Shown here in pieces: positions 55,503-64,000 of a DNA stretch of 64,000 nucleotides (position 1 is its first letter; every line of letters starts with the position of its first letter). A program made the translations under genes and the position numbers. The notes beneath the pieces are model-generated. The model was not told where the DNA came from. It was given only the letters and a program-made list of their open reading frames with translations, and made no database searches. The stretch is taken from assembly GCA_027624915.1 (NCBI GenBank), contig JAQBTR010000001.1:35609-99608 (forward strand). The letters run 5' to 3'. Source of the DNA: a bacterium (lineage in GTDB: Bacteria > Patescibacteriota > Minisyncoccia > Ryanbacterales > GWA2-47-10b).

Positions 55503-58500
55503 ATGCATGATGAGCATGAGGTCCTTGGATTTTGGGCCCAGCGGAAGATATTCGAGAAGAGTATCAAACAACGCGGGGCGAAAGCCAAGCGTTTTGTTTT
55601 TTTTGAGGGTCCACCATATGCCAATGGTCTCCCTGGTATACATCACGTAGAAGCACGTGCTTTTAAGGATGTTGTTGCGCGCTACAAGACATTGCGTGGT
55701 TTTCGTGTTGAGCGTAGAGCTGGATGGGATACTCATGGTTTGCCAACGGAGATGGCAGTAGAAAAGAAGCTTGGCATCAAATCCAAGCGTGAGATTGAAG
55801 AAAGGATAGGTGTTAAGGCCTTTGTTCAAGCAGCTAGAGAGGACGTGTTTTTCTATAAAAGAGAGTGGGAGCGCATGACCGAGCGAATGGGGTATTGGCT
55901 CGATTTTAAAAATGCCTATGTCACCATGGATAACTCATACATTGAGTCTTTGTGGTGGATTATGAAAGAGTTTTGGGACAAAAAGCTTTTCTATGAGGAC
56001 AGAAAGGTTTTGCCGTGGTGCTCTAGGTGTGGAACGGGACTTTCTACACATGAAGTAGCGCAGGGTTACAAAAAAATTACAGAAACATCTGTTTATGTAC
56101 GATTTTATCTCAAAACACGCAGAGGAGTTCTCTTAGTGTGGACAACAACACCATGGACGCTTCCTGCCAACGTGGCAGCGGCTGTTGACCCCAAGGCAAC
56201 ATACGTAACCATTGATGACCGAGGCGAGAAGTTTATTTTGCATGAGAAGTTGGCGTCCAAGCTATTCCCTAGTGTTGAGCCACAGTTCAAAGAAAAGGGT
56301 AGCGACCTAGTTGGTCTTACGTACGACCCGCCATTTGGTCACGATGACATTCCTTATAAAGTAGTAGGTGCTGATTTTGTTTCAGACAAAGATGGAACGG
56401 GTATCGTACATATTGCACCAGCCTTCGGTGAGGACGATATGCGTGTTGCTAAAGATGAGGAGTTACCCGTTTTGATGACGGTAGATGACGAAGGAAAATT
56501 TAACGATGAAGTTCCACAATGGAAGGGACAGTTTGTAAAAGATGCTGACCCAGACATAATCAAAGACCTAAAGCAAAAGGGTATTTTGTGGCGCGAAGAA
56601 GAGTACGAGCATGATTATCCATTTTGTTGGAGATGTGATTCTCCGCTTATTTATCTAGCGCGCAAGTCCTGGTGGGTGAAAGTGAGCAGTATGCGCCAGC
56701 AATTAGTTGAGGCAAACAAAGAAATTAATTGGTACCCAGAATATCTCAAGGAGGGTCGCTTTGGACAGTGGATTAGTGAAGCAAAAGACTGGGCGTTTTC
56801 CAGAGAACGATATTGGGGGACACCAATTCCTGTTTGGCAGTGTACCGAATGTAACAATTCTGAAATGTTTGGTTCGGTAGAAGAGATGAAAAAGCGTACA
56901 AGGCCATCATTAAATAATTACTTTTTGATGCGTCATGGACTTGCCAAGTCAAATATGCTTGATATTGGTGTTGGCAATCCAAAAGACGATGTGTGGGGGA
57001 TTACCCCAAAGGGAAAACTTCAGGTTAAAAAAGCTATAACAAAACTTAAAAAAGAAGATATTGATTTGGTTATTTCTTCTGATCTTTTACGTACAAAAGA
57101 AACAGCACAGATGATTGCTAAGGAATTACATGTTCCTATTTTGTATGATGAGGATTTACGCGAGATGCAGTTTGGAGACTATGAGCGTAAAAATTCTCGC
57201 CCAATTATGGATGAGTGGGGTTTGACTGCCGAGCGACTCGATATGAAACTTCCTGGCATGGGCGCCGAATCATGGAACGATATTAAAGCACGTATGAATA
57301 AAGTCTTTAAGCGACTTGAGGAACTACATAAAAATAAAAATATTGTCCTTGTTGGCCACGGTGACCCACACTGGTTTTTGGAAGCTATTATGACGGGCTC
57401 ATCTGATCCAGAGGGTATTCCCGATGTTGCCGTCTATCCAACCAAGGGAGATTTTCATAAGGTTACACCTGTTTCTCTCCCTCGAGATGATAAGGGTAAT
57501 CTAGACTTGCACAAGCCTTTTATTGATGAGGTTAAAATCGATTGTACTCGCTGTCGAGCACCCATGCGCCGCACAATTGGAGTAGCTGATGTGTGGTTTG
57601 ATTCGGGCTCTATGCCGTATGCCGCATGGCACTATCCATTTGAGAACAAAGCACAAATCGACAAAAAGATTTCATTCCCAGCAGATTATATAGCAGAGGC
57701 AATCGACCAGACGCGTGGATGGTTTTATAACCTACTATCTGTATCTGTGCTCCTTGGAAAAGGTGCTCCATATAAAAATGTAATTTCACTCGGTCACGTA
57801 CTCGACAAAAAAGGTAAGAAAATGTCTAAGTCAAAGGGTAATGGAGTCAACCCAATGGATCTCTTCGAAAAGTATGGTGCCGATGCCGTTCGATGGTACT
57901 TCTTTACGGTGAATCAACCAGAGGATTCTAAGGTATTTGATGAACTTGATATACAAAAAGCAAAACGAAACTTTCTTGATCTATTAACAAACTCGGCCAA
58001 GTTCTACGAGATGTATAAAACAAGCAAGCGTACCACCAAGAAACACGTCCTTGATGAGTGGGTGCTTGCTCGTCTAGGCGAAGTTAGAGAAGACATGACC
58101 AAAAAAATGGATGAGTATGATATTGTTGGGGCCGCACGAGAACTCGAAAAATTTGTAGCAGAAGATATTTCTAGATGGTATTTGCGTCGTTCGCGTGAGC
58201 GTATGCGGACCGGACAAGGAGTGTCCATCCTACGAACGGTCTTGCTAGAGACGGCAATTCTTGCATCGCCCTTTGTACCGTTCACTTCAGAGATTCTCTA
58301 TACTTCTCTTGGTGGCAAATCAAAGAGCGTTCATTTAAGCGATTGGCCAGAAAAACGAGCTTCCACACGCAAACTATTAACTGACATGCAAGAAGTACGA
58401 ATGTTGGCAGCACGAGGGCTCGAATTGCGTTCCCGTTCGGGATTAAAAATTAGACAGCCCCTTGCATCATTCTCTGTAAAATCACGAAAGTTAAAAGAGA

Positions 58501-58820
58501 AAAAATTGTTAAATGTGCTTGCCGAAGAGCTTAACGTAAAAAATATTCTTATTGGTAAAAAAATAAAGGAGGACGTAGAGCTCGATACTGTTCTTACCCC
58601 AATCTTGAAAGAGGAGGGTGAGGTACGAGAGACTATTAGATTAGTACAGAACATGAGAAAGGAAGAGGGGCTTCATCCAAGAGACCTTATTATGCTTACT
58701 TTATCTGGAACATTTTCAAAGGTATCACTCAAAAGTATTAAGGATGGCGTGCATGCAAAAACGGTTACATTAAAAAATAAGACTGTGAAAGTCGAGATAC
58801 ATGGGATTACAAAAGTTTAA
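55503..58820 (+). CDS. ileS: Isoleucine--tRNA ligase type 2 with inserted histidine phosphatase domain
   Basis: GPPYANG.P-GIHH, GWDTHGLP, WTTTPWT, SRERYWG, DQTRGWF, KMSKS; internal RHG domain. Confidence 0.96.
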   Translation: MHDEHEVLGFWAQRKIFEKSIKQRGAKAKRFVFFEGPPYANGLPGIHHVEARAFKDVVARYKTLRGFRVERRAGWDTHGLPTEMAVEKKLGIKSKREIEERIGVKAFVQAAREDVFFYKREWERMTERMGYWLDFKNAYVTMDNSYIESLWWIMKEFWDKKLFYEDRKVLPWCSRCGTGLSTHEVAQGYKKITETSVYVRFYLKTRRGVLLVWTTTPWTLPANVAAAVDPKATYVTIDDRGEKFILHEKLASKLFPSVEPQFKEKGSDLVGLTYDPPFGHDDIPYKVVGADFVSDKDGTGIVHIAPAFGEDDMRVAKDEELPVLMTVDDEGKFNDEVPQWKGQFVKDADPDIIKDLKQKGILWREEEYEHDYPFCWRCDSPLIYLARKSWWVKVSSMRQQLVEANKEINWYPEYLKEGRFGQWISEAKDWAFSRERYWGTPIPVWQCTECNNSEMFGSVEEMKKRTRPSLNNYFLMRHGLAKSNMLDIGVGNPKDDVWGITPKGKLQVKKAITKLKKEDIDLVISSDLLRTKETAQMIAKELHVPILYDEDLREMQFGDYERKNSRPIMDEWGLTAERLDMKLPGMGAESWNDIKARMNKVFKRLEELHKNKNIVLVGHGDPHWFLEAIMTGSSDPEGIPDVAVYPTKGDFHKVTPVSLPRDDKGNLDLHKPFIDEVKIDCTRCRAPMRRTIGVADVWFDSGSMPYAAWHYPFENKAQIDKKISFPADYIAEAIDQTRGWFYNLLSVSVLLGKGAPYKNVISLGHVLDKKGKKMSKSKGNGVNPMDLFEKYGADAVRWYFFTVNQPEDSKVFDELDIQKAKRNFLDLLTNSAKFYEMYKTSKRTTKKHVLDEWVLARLGEVREDMTKKMDEYDIVGAARELEKFVAEDISRWYLRRSRERMRTGQGVSILRTVLLETAILASPFVPFTSEILYTSLGGKSKSVHLSDWPEKRASTRKLLTDMQEVRMLAARGLELRSRSGLKIRQPLASFSVKSRKLKEKKLLNVLAEELNVKNILIGKKIKEDVELDTVLTPILKEEGEVRETIRLVQNMRKEEGLHPRDLIMLTLSGTFSKVSLKSIKDGVHAKTVTLKNKTVKVEIHGITKV

Positions 58821-58830
58821 CATATAGTAT

Positions 58831-59370
58831 ATGTCTCAGTATTATGGGACGGAGGCGATAATTCTTTTCTCTCGTGATTGGGGCGAGGGTGACCGTTTAA
58901 TAACCTTCTATACAAAGGACTTAGGGCGTATAGACGCAATAGCAAAGGGTGTTAACAGAGCAAAGTCAAAATTGCGTGGCCACCTTAATCTTTTTTCTCG
59001 CTTGCGTATCATGGTCACACCAGGGAGGGAGTACTGGAGACTTTTGGATGCTGAACAGACTCCTTTAGACGGCGTGCGTTATGGACTAGCTAGCAAAAAT
59101 GAATATGCAAGGTTTCTTGTACGAGTGTTAGCAGAATCAGCAAAAGACAATGAGGTCTGGCAAGTCCTCGATAGGTTTGAGGGGTTAAAAACTCGTAGCC
59201 AATTATTTTTTGAAAAAGTAAGAATATTAAAGGCTCTTGGACTCATGCCAGATACGGGTTTGATGTGCGCAAAAACATCACGCCGGATAGAGGAGGATGA
59301 TCATGAGGGCTTCATGCCGAGTGCGGGCGAAGAAGGGGTTCTTGAGAAAATTATCGCTCAAAATATATGA
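58831..59370 (+). CDS. recO: DNA repair protein RecO (short)
   Basis: GEGDRLIT.YT..LGRI.AIAKGV...SKL. Confidence 0.8.
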   Translation: MSQYYGTEAIILFSRDWGEGDRLITFYTKDLGRIDAIAKGVNRAKSKLRGHLNLFSRLRIMVTPGREYWRLLDAEQTPLDGVRYGLASKNEYARFLVRVLAESAKDNEVWQVLDRFEGLKTRSQLFFEKVRILKALGLMPDTGLMCAKTSRRIEEDDHEGFMPSAGEEGVLEKIIAQNI

Positions 59371-59382
59371 TATACTTGCCAT

Positions 59383-61281
59383 ATGCCACTTGATGACTTA
59401 CGGAGAAAATTATTTCGAAAGAGTTCGGATTTTTCACGTCGTACGAAAGAGCCTACCTTAGAAAAACATAAAGACAGTCCACCTGCATCGTGGGAGCATG
59501 AGACCCATGATGCTGCGGCTGCCATTGCATTGCGTAATCAAAAAATTGTGAAATGGGGACTTAGTATAGGTGTAGTTATTATAGTAGCGGGACTTTTAGG
59601 CCTGTTCTTTTGGTTTGGCGGTTTTGGAGGGAGTAATACACAAAAGTTATTGGAATTTAAAATAGAGGGCGGAGAGGAGGTAACCGCCGGACGGAAAGTC
59701 ATTTGGAAAGTTACGTATAACAACAAGAATCAGATAAATCTTGATGATGTAGTTATTACATTTCAGTATCCTGAAAATTCACAACCCTTGGTCGGACAAT
59801 TTTCTCAAAACGGATTAGGACGCGAAGTACGAAAACTTGGCAATCTGGAACCTGGTGAATCCGGTGAAGAAATTTTTTCAGCGCTCCTGTTTGGTGCTAA
59901 GGACCAGATTTTGACGGGACACGCAGTTATGGAGTATAGACCAGAAAGTTCATCAGCGCGTTTAACCAAAGATTCGGACTATTCTTCGCGTGTTGTCTCT
60001 ACACTTCTGGCGCTCGAACTTGATATACCAGAAGAGCTTAAGTCTGGTCAGGATGCTGACCTAACGCTTCGTGTTACAAATAGCTCTGAAACAGTGTTTC
60101 GTGGACTTACTGTTGGGCTCGAATACCCAGATGCCTTCGAGTTTATATTTTCACAACCAGAGGGAACTCGTGGAGATGGGCTCTGGAATATAGGAGATTT
60201 GGCGCCCGGAGCAGAATATATAGTTATTATTCGAGGACGGATTAAAGACTCGGCCTCAGCCGAGACATTCAGGTCTAAGGTTGGTATATATGATCGTATT
60301 GCAAATACACTTTCTGATTTTAATGAGATTGTACGATCATTCCAGACAACAGATGCTCTACTTGCCATACAGGCCTTTGTTGATCGAGGTGAAGAATTCC
60401 CTGGTGTTGTTGCTGCTGGGAGTAGAGTAGACGTAAGGGTTGTGTGGAAAAACAACCTACCAGTATCTATTTCTAATGTTGTTCTTGAGGTAGGTCTTCG
60501 TGGGATTGCAATTGAGCCAAGGTCAATTGATAGCCAGACTGGAGAATATTCGGCTCCAGCAAATTCTATGCGATGGATCCCAGGACGCATCCCTGAACTC
60601 TCTGTTATTGACTCTGGAGAGGAGGGCGAATTTACATTCCAGTTTAAGACAAAAGAGAATATACCTGTTACTGGTTTTTCTGACCGTGATTTCACAGTTG
60701 GTCTTGAGGGGCGCGTTGCCAGCTTTGATGTCCCATCAGGATATGAGGGTGTCGATATTTCAGGGCGTTCTTTTAAGGAATATAAAGTAGCAAGCAAAGT
60801 GACTCTTTTGCAGAAGGGTTTCTTCACGGATTCGCGTATAACAAATTCAGGTCCCATTCCACCAAAGGTGGGACAAGAGACAACATATCTTATCGTATGG
60901 TCGCTTCTCAATACTATTAGTGATATAGAAAATGTTGTCGTCCACGCGACCATACCTTCATATATACGATGGACTGGACGTGTCATTCCACCAGACCCAT
61001 CTCTTTCCTTTGATCCTGCAACGCGTGTTCTTGAATGGCGCCCTGGCGTAGTTCCCGCTGGAACAGGCCAGATACGACCAGCGAGAGAAGTAGCCTTTCA
61101 AATTGGACTAACTCCGTCGTTGCCACAGGTTGGAGATCGACCGGAGCTTATCTCTAAGGCAAAAATTACAGCAAAGGATTCGTTCGTAGAGACTCCGGTT
61201 GAGATAGAAGTCGCGAATGTAACTACGTTATTACCTGACGATACGGGTCCCGGCAAGGGTGGAGGCAGAGTTGAGGAATAA
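59383..61281 (+). CDS. Single-TM exported protein with tandem Ig-like domains
   Basis: TM near aa 58-78; repeated W.(I/L)G.L.PG motifs. Confidence 0.75.
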   Translation: MPLDDLRRKLFRKSSDFSRRTKEPTLEKHKDSPPASWEHETHDAAAAIALRNQKIVKWGLSIGVVIIVAGLLGLFFWFGGFGGSNTQKLLEFKIEGGEEVTAGRKVIWKVTYNNKNQINLDDVVITFQYPENSQPLVGQFSQNGLGREVRKLGNLEPGESGEEIFSALLFGAKDQILTGHAVMEYRPESSSARLTKDSDYSSRVVSTLLALELDIPEELKSGQDADLTLRVTNSSETVFRGLTVGLEYPDAFEFIFSQPEGTRGDGLWNIGDLAPGAEYIVIIRGRIKDSASAETFRSKVGIYDRIANTLSDFNEIVRSFQTTDALLAIQAFVDRGEEFPGVVAAGSRVDVRVVWKNNLPVSISNVVLEVGLRGIAIEPRSIDSQTGEYSAPANSMRWIPGRIPELSVIDSGEEGEFTFQFKTKENIPVTGFSDRDFTVGLEGRVASFDVPSGYEGVDISGRSFKEYKVASKVTLLQKGFFTDSRITNSGPIPPKVGQETTYLIVWSLLNTISDIENVVVHATIPSYIRWTGRVIPPDPSLSFDPATRVLEWRPGVVPAGTGQIRPAREVAFQIGLTPSLPQVGDRPELISKAKITAKDSFVETPVEIEVANVTTLLPDDTGPGKGGGRVEE

Positions 61282-61305
61282 TATACAATCTGATACCTTT
61301 CTTTT

Positions 61306-62601
61306 ATGGCAAATTTAGAAACAATTGTATCTCTTGCAAAACGCCGAGGATTTGTATTCCCCGGTTCTGATGTATATGGCGGTCTTGCAGGAACGTGGGA
61401 CTATGGCCCTTTAGGCACCTTGCTTAAGGAAAATATTAAGAAAGAATGGTGGGCCTCCATGTTGGAGCCACACATTTATCCATTGGACTCTGCAATTATA
61501 TCGACCAAAAAAGTCTGGGAGGCCTCAGGCCATTTAGAACATTTTTCAGACCCACTTGTTGAATGCAAAAAATGTAAAAAACGTTTTCGTGCTGACCATA
61601 TTGATGGTGACAACTGCCCCGAGTGTAAGGGCGAGCTTGGTAAAGCGCGAGAGTTTAACATGATGTTTAAAACTCATGCGGGAGCGGTAGAGGACGAAAG
61701 TGCTGAGGCATATTTACGACCAGAAACTGCTCAAGGCATTTTTATCAATTTCAAAAATGTCGTTGATGCTTTTCATCCAAAGATGCCGTTTGGTATAGCA
61801 CAAATTGGTAAGGCATTTCGAAACGAGATAACACCACGTAACTTTCTTTTTAGAGCACGTGAATTTGAGCAAATGGAACTCGAATATTTCTGTGATCCAA
61901 AAAATGCTGACCAATACTTTAGCGATATTCGTGAAATGCGCATGAAGTGGTTTTTGAAGCTCGGCATCAAGGAAAAAAATATTAAGTTTTATGATAATAC
62001 TGAGGATGAGCGATCCCACTATTCAGTAGCTACAACAGATATTCTATACAATTATGGGATTTCGGATGACGGGTTTGAAGAGCTTGAGGGTATCGCGAAT
62101 CGAACAGATTATGATTTAAAAAATCATTTCCCAGGTCACAATTGGACTGGTGAGGATTTTTTGGAGGACAAAGATGGTTTTGTTCCTTATATTATAGAGC
62201 CATCACTTGGTGTAGATAGGGCATTTCTTGCCTTCATGATGGATGCATATGATGAAGATGAGATTGGTGGAGAGAGGCGAGTAGTGTTGAGACTTCACCC
62301 AAAACTTGCCCCGTTCAAGGTTGCCGTGTTCCCACTTGTTAAAAATAAGGAAGAGATTGTGGGAAAGGCAAAAGAAGTTTTTGATGACTTACGTAAAAAA
62401 TTTATGTGCCGATGGGATGATAGCGGTAATGTAGGCAAGCGCTATCGCCGACAAGATGAAATTGGTACACCGTGGTGTGTAACAATAGACTATGAAACGC
62501 TCGAAGAAGGAACTGTGACAGTACGTGATAGAGATACCGCAAAGCAAGAAAGAATCAAAACTGAAGACCTGAACTCATACTTTCAAGAAAAATTGAGTTA
62601 A
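61306..62601 (+). CDS. glyQS: Glycine--tRNA ligase (alpha2 type)
   Basis: YLRPETAQG, FRNEI, REFEQME, IEPS.G.DR, YRRQDEIGTP. Confidence 0.97.
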   Translation: MANLETIVSLAKRRGFVFPGSDVYGGLAGTWDYGPLGTLLKENIKKEWWASMLEPHIYPLDSAIISTKKVWEASGHLEHFSDPLVECKKCKKRFRADHIDGDNCPECKGELGKAREFNMMFKTHAGAVEDESAEAYLRPETAQGIFINFKNVVDAFHPKMPFGIAQIGKAFRNEITPRNFLFRAREFEQMELEYFCDPKNADQYFSDIREMRMKWFLKLGIKEKNIKFYDNTEDERSHYSVATTDILYNYGISDDGFEELEGIANRTDYDLKNHFPGHNWTGEDFLEDKDGFVPYIIEPSLGVDRAFLAFMMDAYDEDEIGGERRVVLRLHPKLAPFKVAVFPLVKNKEEIVGKAKEVFDDLRKKFMCRWDDSGNVGKRYRRQDEIGTPWCVTIDYETLEEGTVTVRDRDTAKQERIKTEDLNSYFQEKLS

Positions 62602-62656
62602 AAAGAGGAGCGAGACCCCTCTTTTTCTTTTGTCTAATTTTAGCTATACTCGGTAT

Positions 62657-63928
62657 ATGAAATTTAAGAAAAAGACATTCAAAAATGGTCTGCGCGCTAT
62701 AGTAGCCCCCATGCCCTCTACAGAGACCGTATCAATAATGGTTCTTGTTGGAACTGGTGCAAATTATGAAAATCTTGATAATAATGGCCTTTCTCACTTT
62801 CTTGAGCATATGTTTTTTAAAGGGACGAAAGACTTCCCAAAACCAGGAGAGCTTGATCGTGGATTGGATGCAGTTGGTGCGATTCACAATGCTTTTACGT
62901 CCCGCGAAGAGACGGCTTACTGGATTAAGGCTGATGCAAAAAAGTTTGATTTAACACTCCACTTTGTTTCAGATATTTTACAAAACGCACTCATCAAGCA
63001 AGAAGAAATTGATAAGGAGCGTACGGTTATTTTGCAGGAGATGAAAGTTTGGGCAGACAATCCGATCAACGATATTTGGTCTCACGTAGAGGCGTTAATA
63101 TATGGAGATAATTCATATGGCTGGCAGGTAATTGGAACCCCAAAAAATATTAAAACAATGGGTCGTGCTAAGTTTATGAAGTACTGGAAGAGTCAGTACG
63201 TGGCGTCTAACACGGTCGTTGTGGTAGCCGGAAATGTAAATGAAGAACAGACATTCCAAAAAATTGAAAAAGCTTTTGAAAACCTTAGAGTTGGTAAACA
63301 TGAAAAAGAGTCAGCATTCAAAACTCCAAAGCCAGGACCACGAACTGCAATAATAGAGCGAGAGACAGAGCAGTCCCACGTTGTTGTTGCAGCTCTTGGG
63401 TATGGAGAAAATCACAAAGATCGTTTAACGGCAGATGTACTAGGTACTATTCTTGGTGGGTACATGAGTTCGCGATTATTTGAGGATATCCGCGGCAAGC
63501 TTGGTTTGGCCTACGTTGTACGAGCTGGTCATGATTCATACAGACAAACAGGTTTTTTTGGGGCTTATGCAGGAGTTCTTACAGAAAAGAGACATGAAGT
63601 TATTGAGCGCATTGTTGGCCACTTAAATCGAATTAAACGAACAGGCCCTACAAGTGAAGAGGTCACGCGTGCAAAGGAGAACATCAAGGGTACTATGGCA
63701 CTCGCCCTTGAATCTACAGATAAGGTGGCACTCTTCTTGGGCGGACAGGAGATTTTGCATGGCAAGATTAAGAAGCCGGAGGACATAAAGAAGAAACTAG
63801 ACAAAATAACGAAAGCAGACCTTCAGCGGGTAGCAAAGGATCTCTTTAAGCCAGAGAATCTATATCTTACAATCATTGGCCCTCGCACCGACAAGGATGA
63901 TTATGATACAATATTGAATGAGGTATAA
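62657..63928 (+). CDS. M16 family zinc peptidase (start corrected to ATG 62657)
   Basis: HFLEH inverted zinc motif, NAFT, SSRLF. Confidence 0.94.
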   Translation: MKFKKKTFKNGLRAIVAPMPSTETVSIMVLVGTGANYENLDNNGLSHFLEHMFFKGTKDFPKPGELDRGLDAVGAIHNAFTSREETAYWIKADAKKFDLTLHFVSDILQNALIKQEEIDKERTVILQEMKVWADNPINDIWSHVEALIYGDNSYGWQVIGTPKNIKTMGRAKFMKYWKSQYVASNTVVVVAGNVNEEQTFQKIEKAFENLRVGKHEKESAFKTPKPGPRTAIIERETEQSHVVVAALGYGENHKDRLTADVLGTILGGYMSSRLFEDIRGKLGLAYVVRAGHDSYRQTGFFGAYAGVLTEKRHEVIERIVGHLNRIKRTGPTSEEVTRAKENIKGTMALALESTDKVALFLGGQEILHGKIKKPEDIKKKLDKITKADLQRVAKDLFKPENLYLTIIGPRTDKDDYDTILNEV

Positions 63929-63940
63929 TAAAATAACGGG

Positions 63941-64000
63941 ATGAATCAAAACAGGCAGCCAGCGACAAAAATAACGGTTTCAACCGGAACACTTGTCCGG
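63941..64000 (+). CDS. Start of a gene cut by the window edge
   Basis: TAAAAT-N6-ATG; frame open to the end (MNQNRQPATKITVSTGTLVR). Confidence 0.45.
   Translation, partial: MNQNRQPATKITVSTGTLVR

Noticed and set aside
60048-60986. 312-aa antisense ORF
   Set aside because: Shadow of the 59383 gene with no start signals or motifs; the same applies to antisense ORFs over fusA, tuf and r-protein genes.
63929-63946. TAACGGG-ATGA resembling the right end of the ATGAGT-targeting element
   Set aside because: There is no left end or target duplication, and it is explained as the 6-nt spacer after a TAAAAT -10 box.
1-64000. CRISPR array, rRNA, tRNA, integrase or transposase genes
   Set aside because: No regularly spaced repeats or recognisable motifs were seen; the only tRNA-like sequence is the tmRNA end.
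1-64000. Alternative genetic code (UGA=Gly)
   Set aside because: TGA ends conserved genes at expected positions (rplP, map, ndk) and does not interrupt conserved ORFs.

Overview
A 64 kb, AT-rich bacterial chromosome segment using genetic code 11 (TGA is a stop), most likely from a Patescibacteria/CPR genome of Parcubacteria type. Supporting signs are the missing rpmD between rpsE and rplO, extended S10 and L23, split ComEC, alpha2 GlyRS and type-2 IleRS. Bases 1-15.6 kb hold fusA (5'-truncated), tuf, the S10-spc ribosomal protein cluster, secY, adk and map. Housekeeping genes follow (yqgF, galT, tpiA, pgk, rnhA, comEC, ndk, udg, infC-rpmI-rplT, obg, ssrA-smpB, argS, ileS, recO, glyQS), interleaved with many single-gene orphan units. 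The most unusual signals are non-coding. (1) Two miniature elements with CCCGT...ACGGG ends each sit exactly at a start codon and duplicate the same 6-bp target, ATGAGT. (2) Three diverged ~162-bp hairpin elements show compensatory base changes. (3) A TrpR/YerC-like gene is bracketed by two identical 22-bp palindromes. (4) About 15 genes have a -10-like hexamer exactly 6 nt before ATG (leaderless-type), whereas orphan genes are promoter+SD led. IleRS carries an inserted histidine-phosphatase domain and a GIHH signature. All calls come from reading the sequence; no database searches were run.
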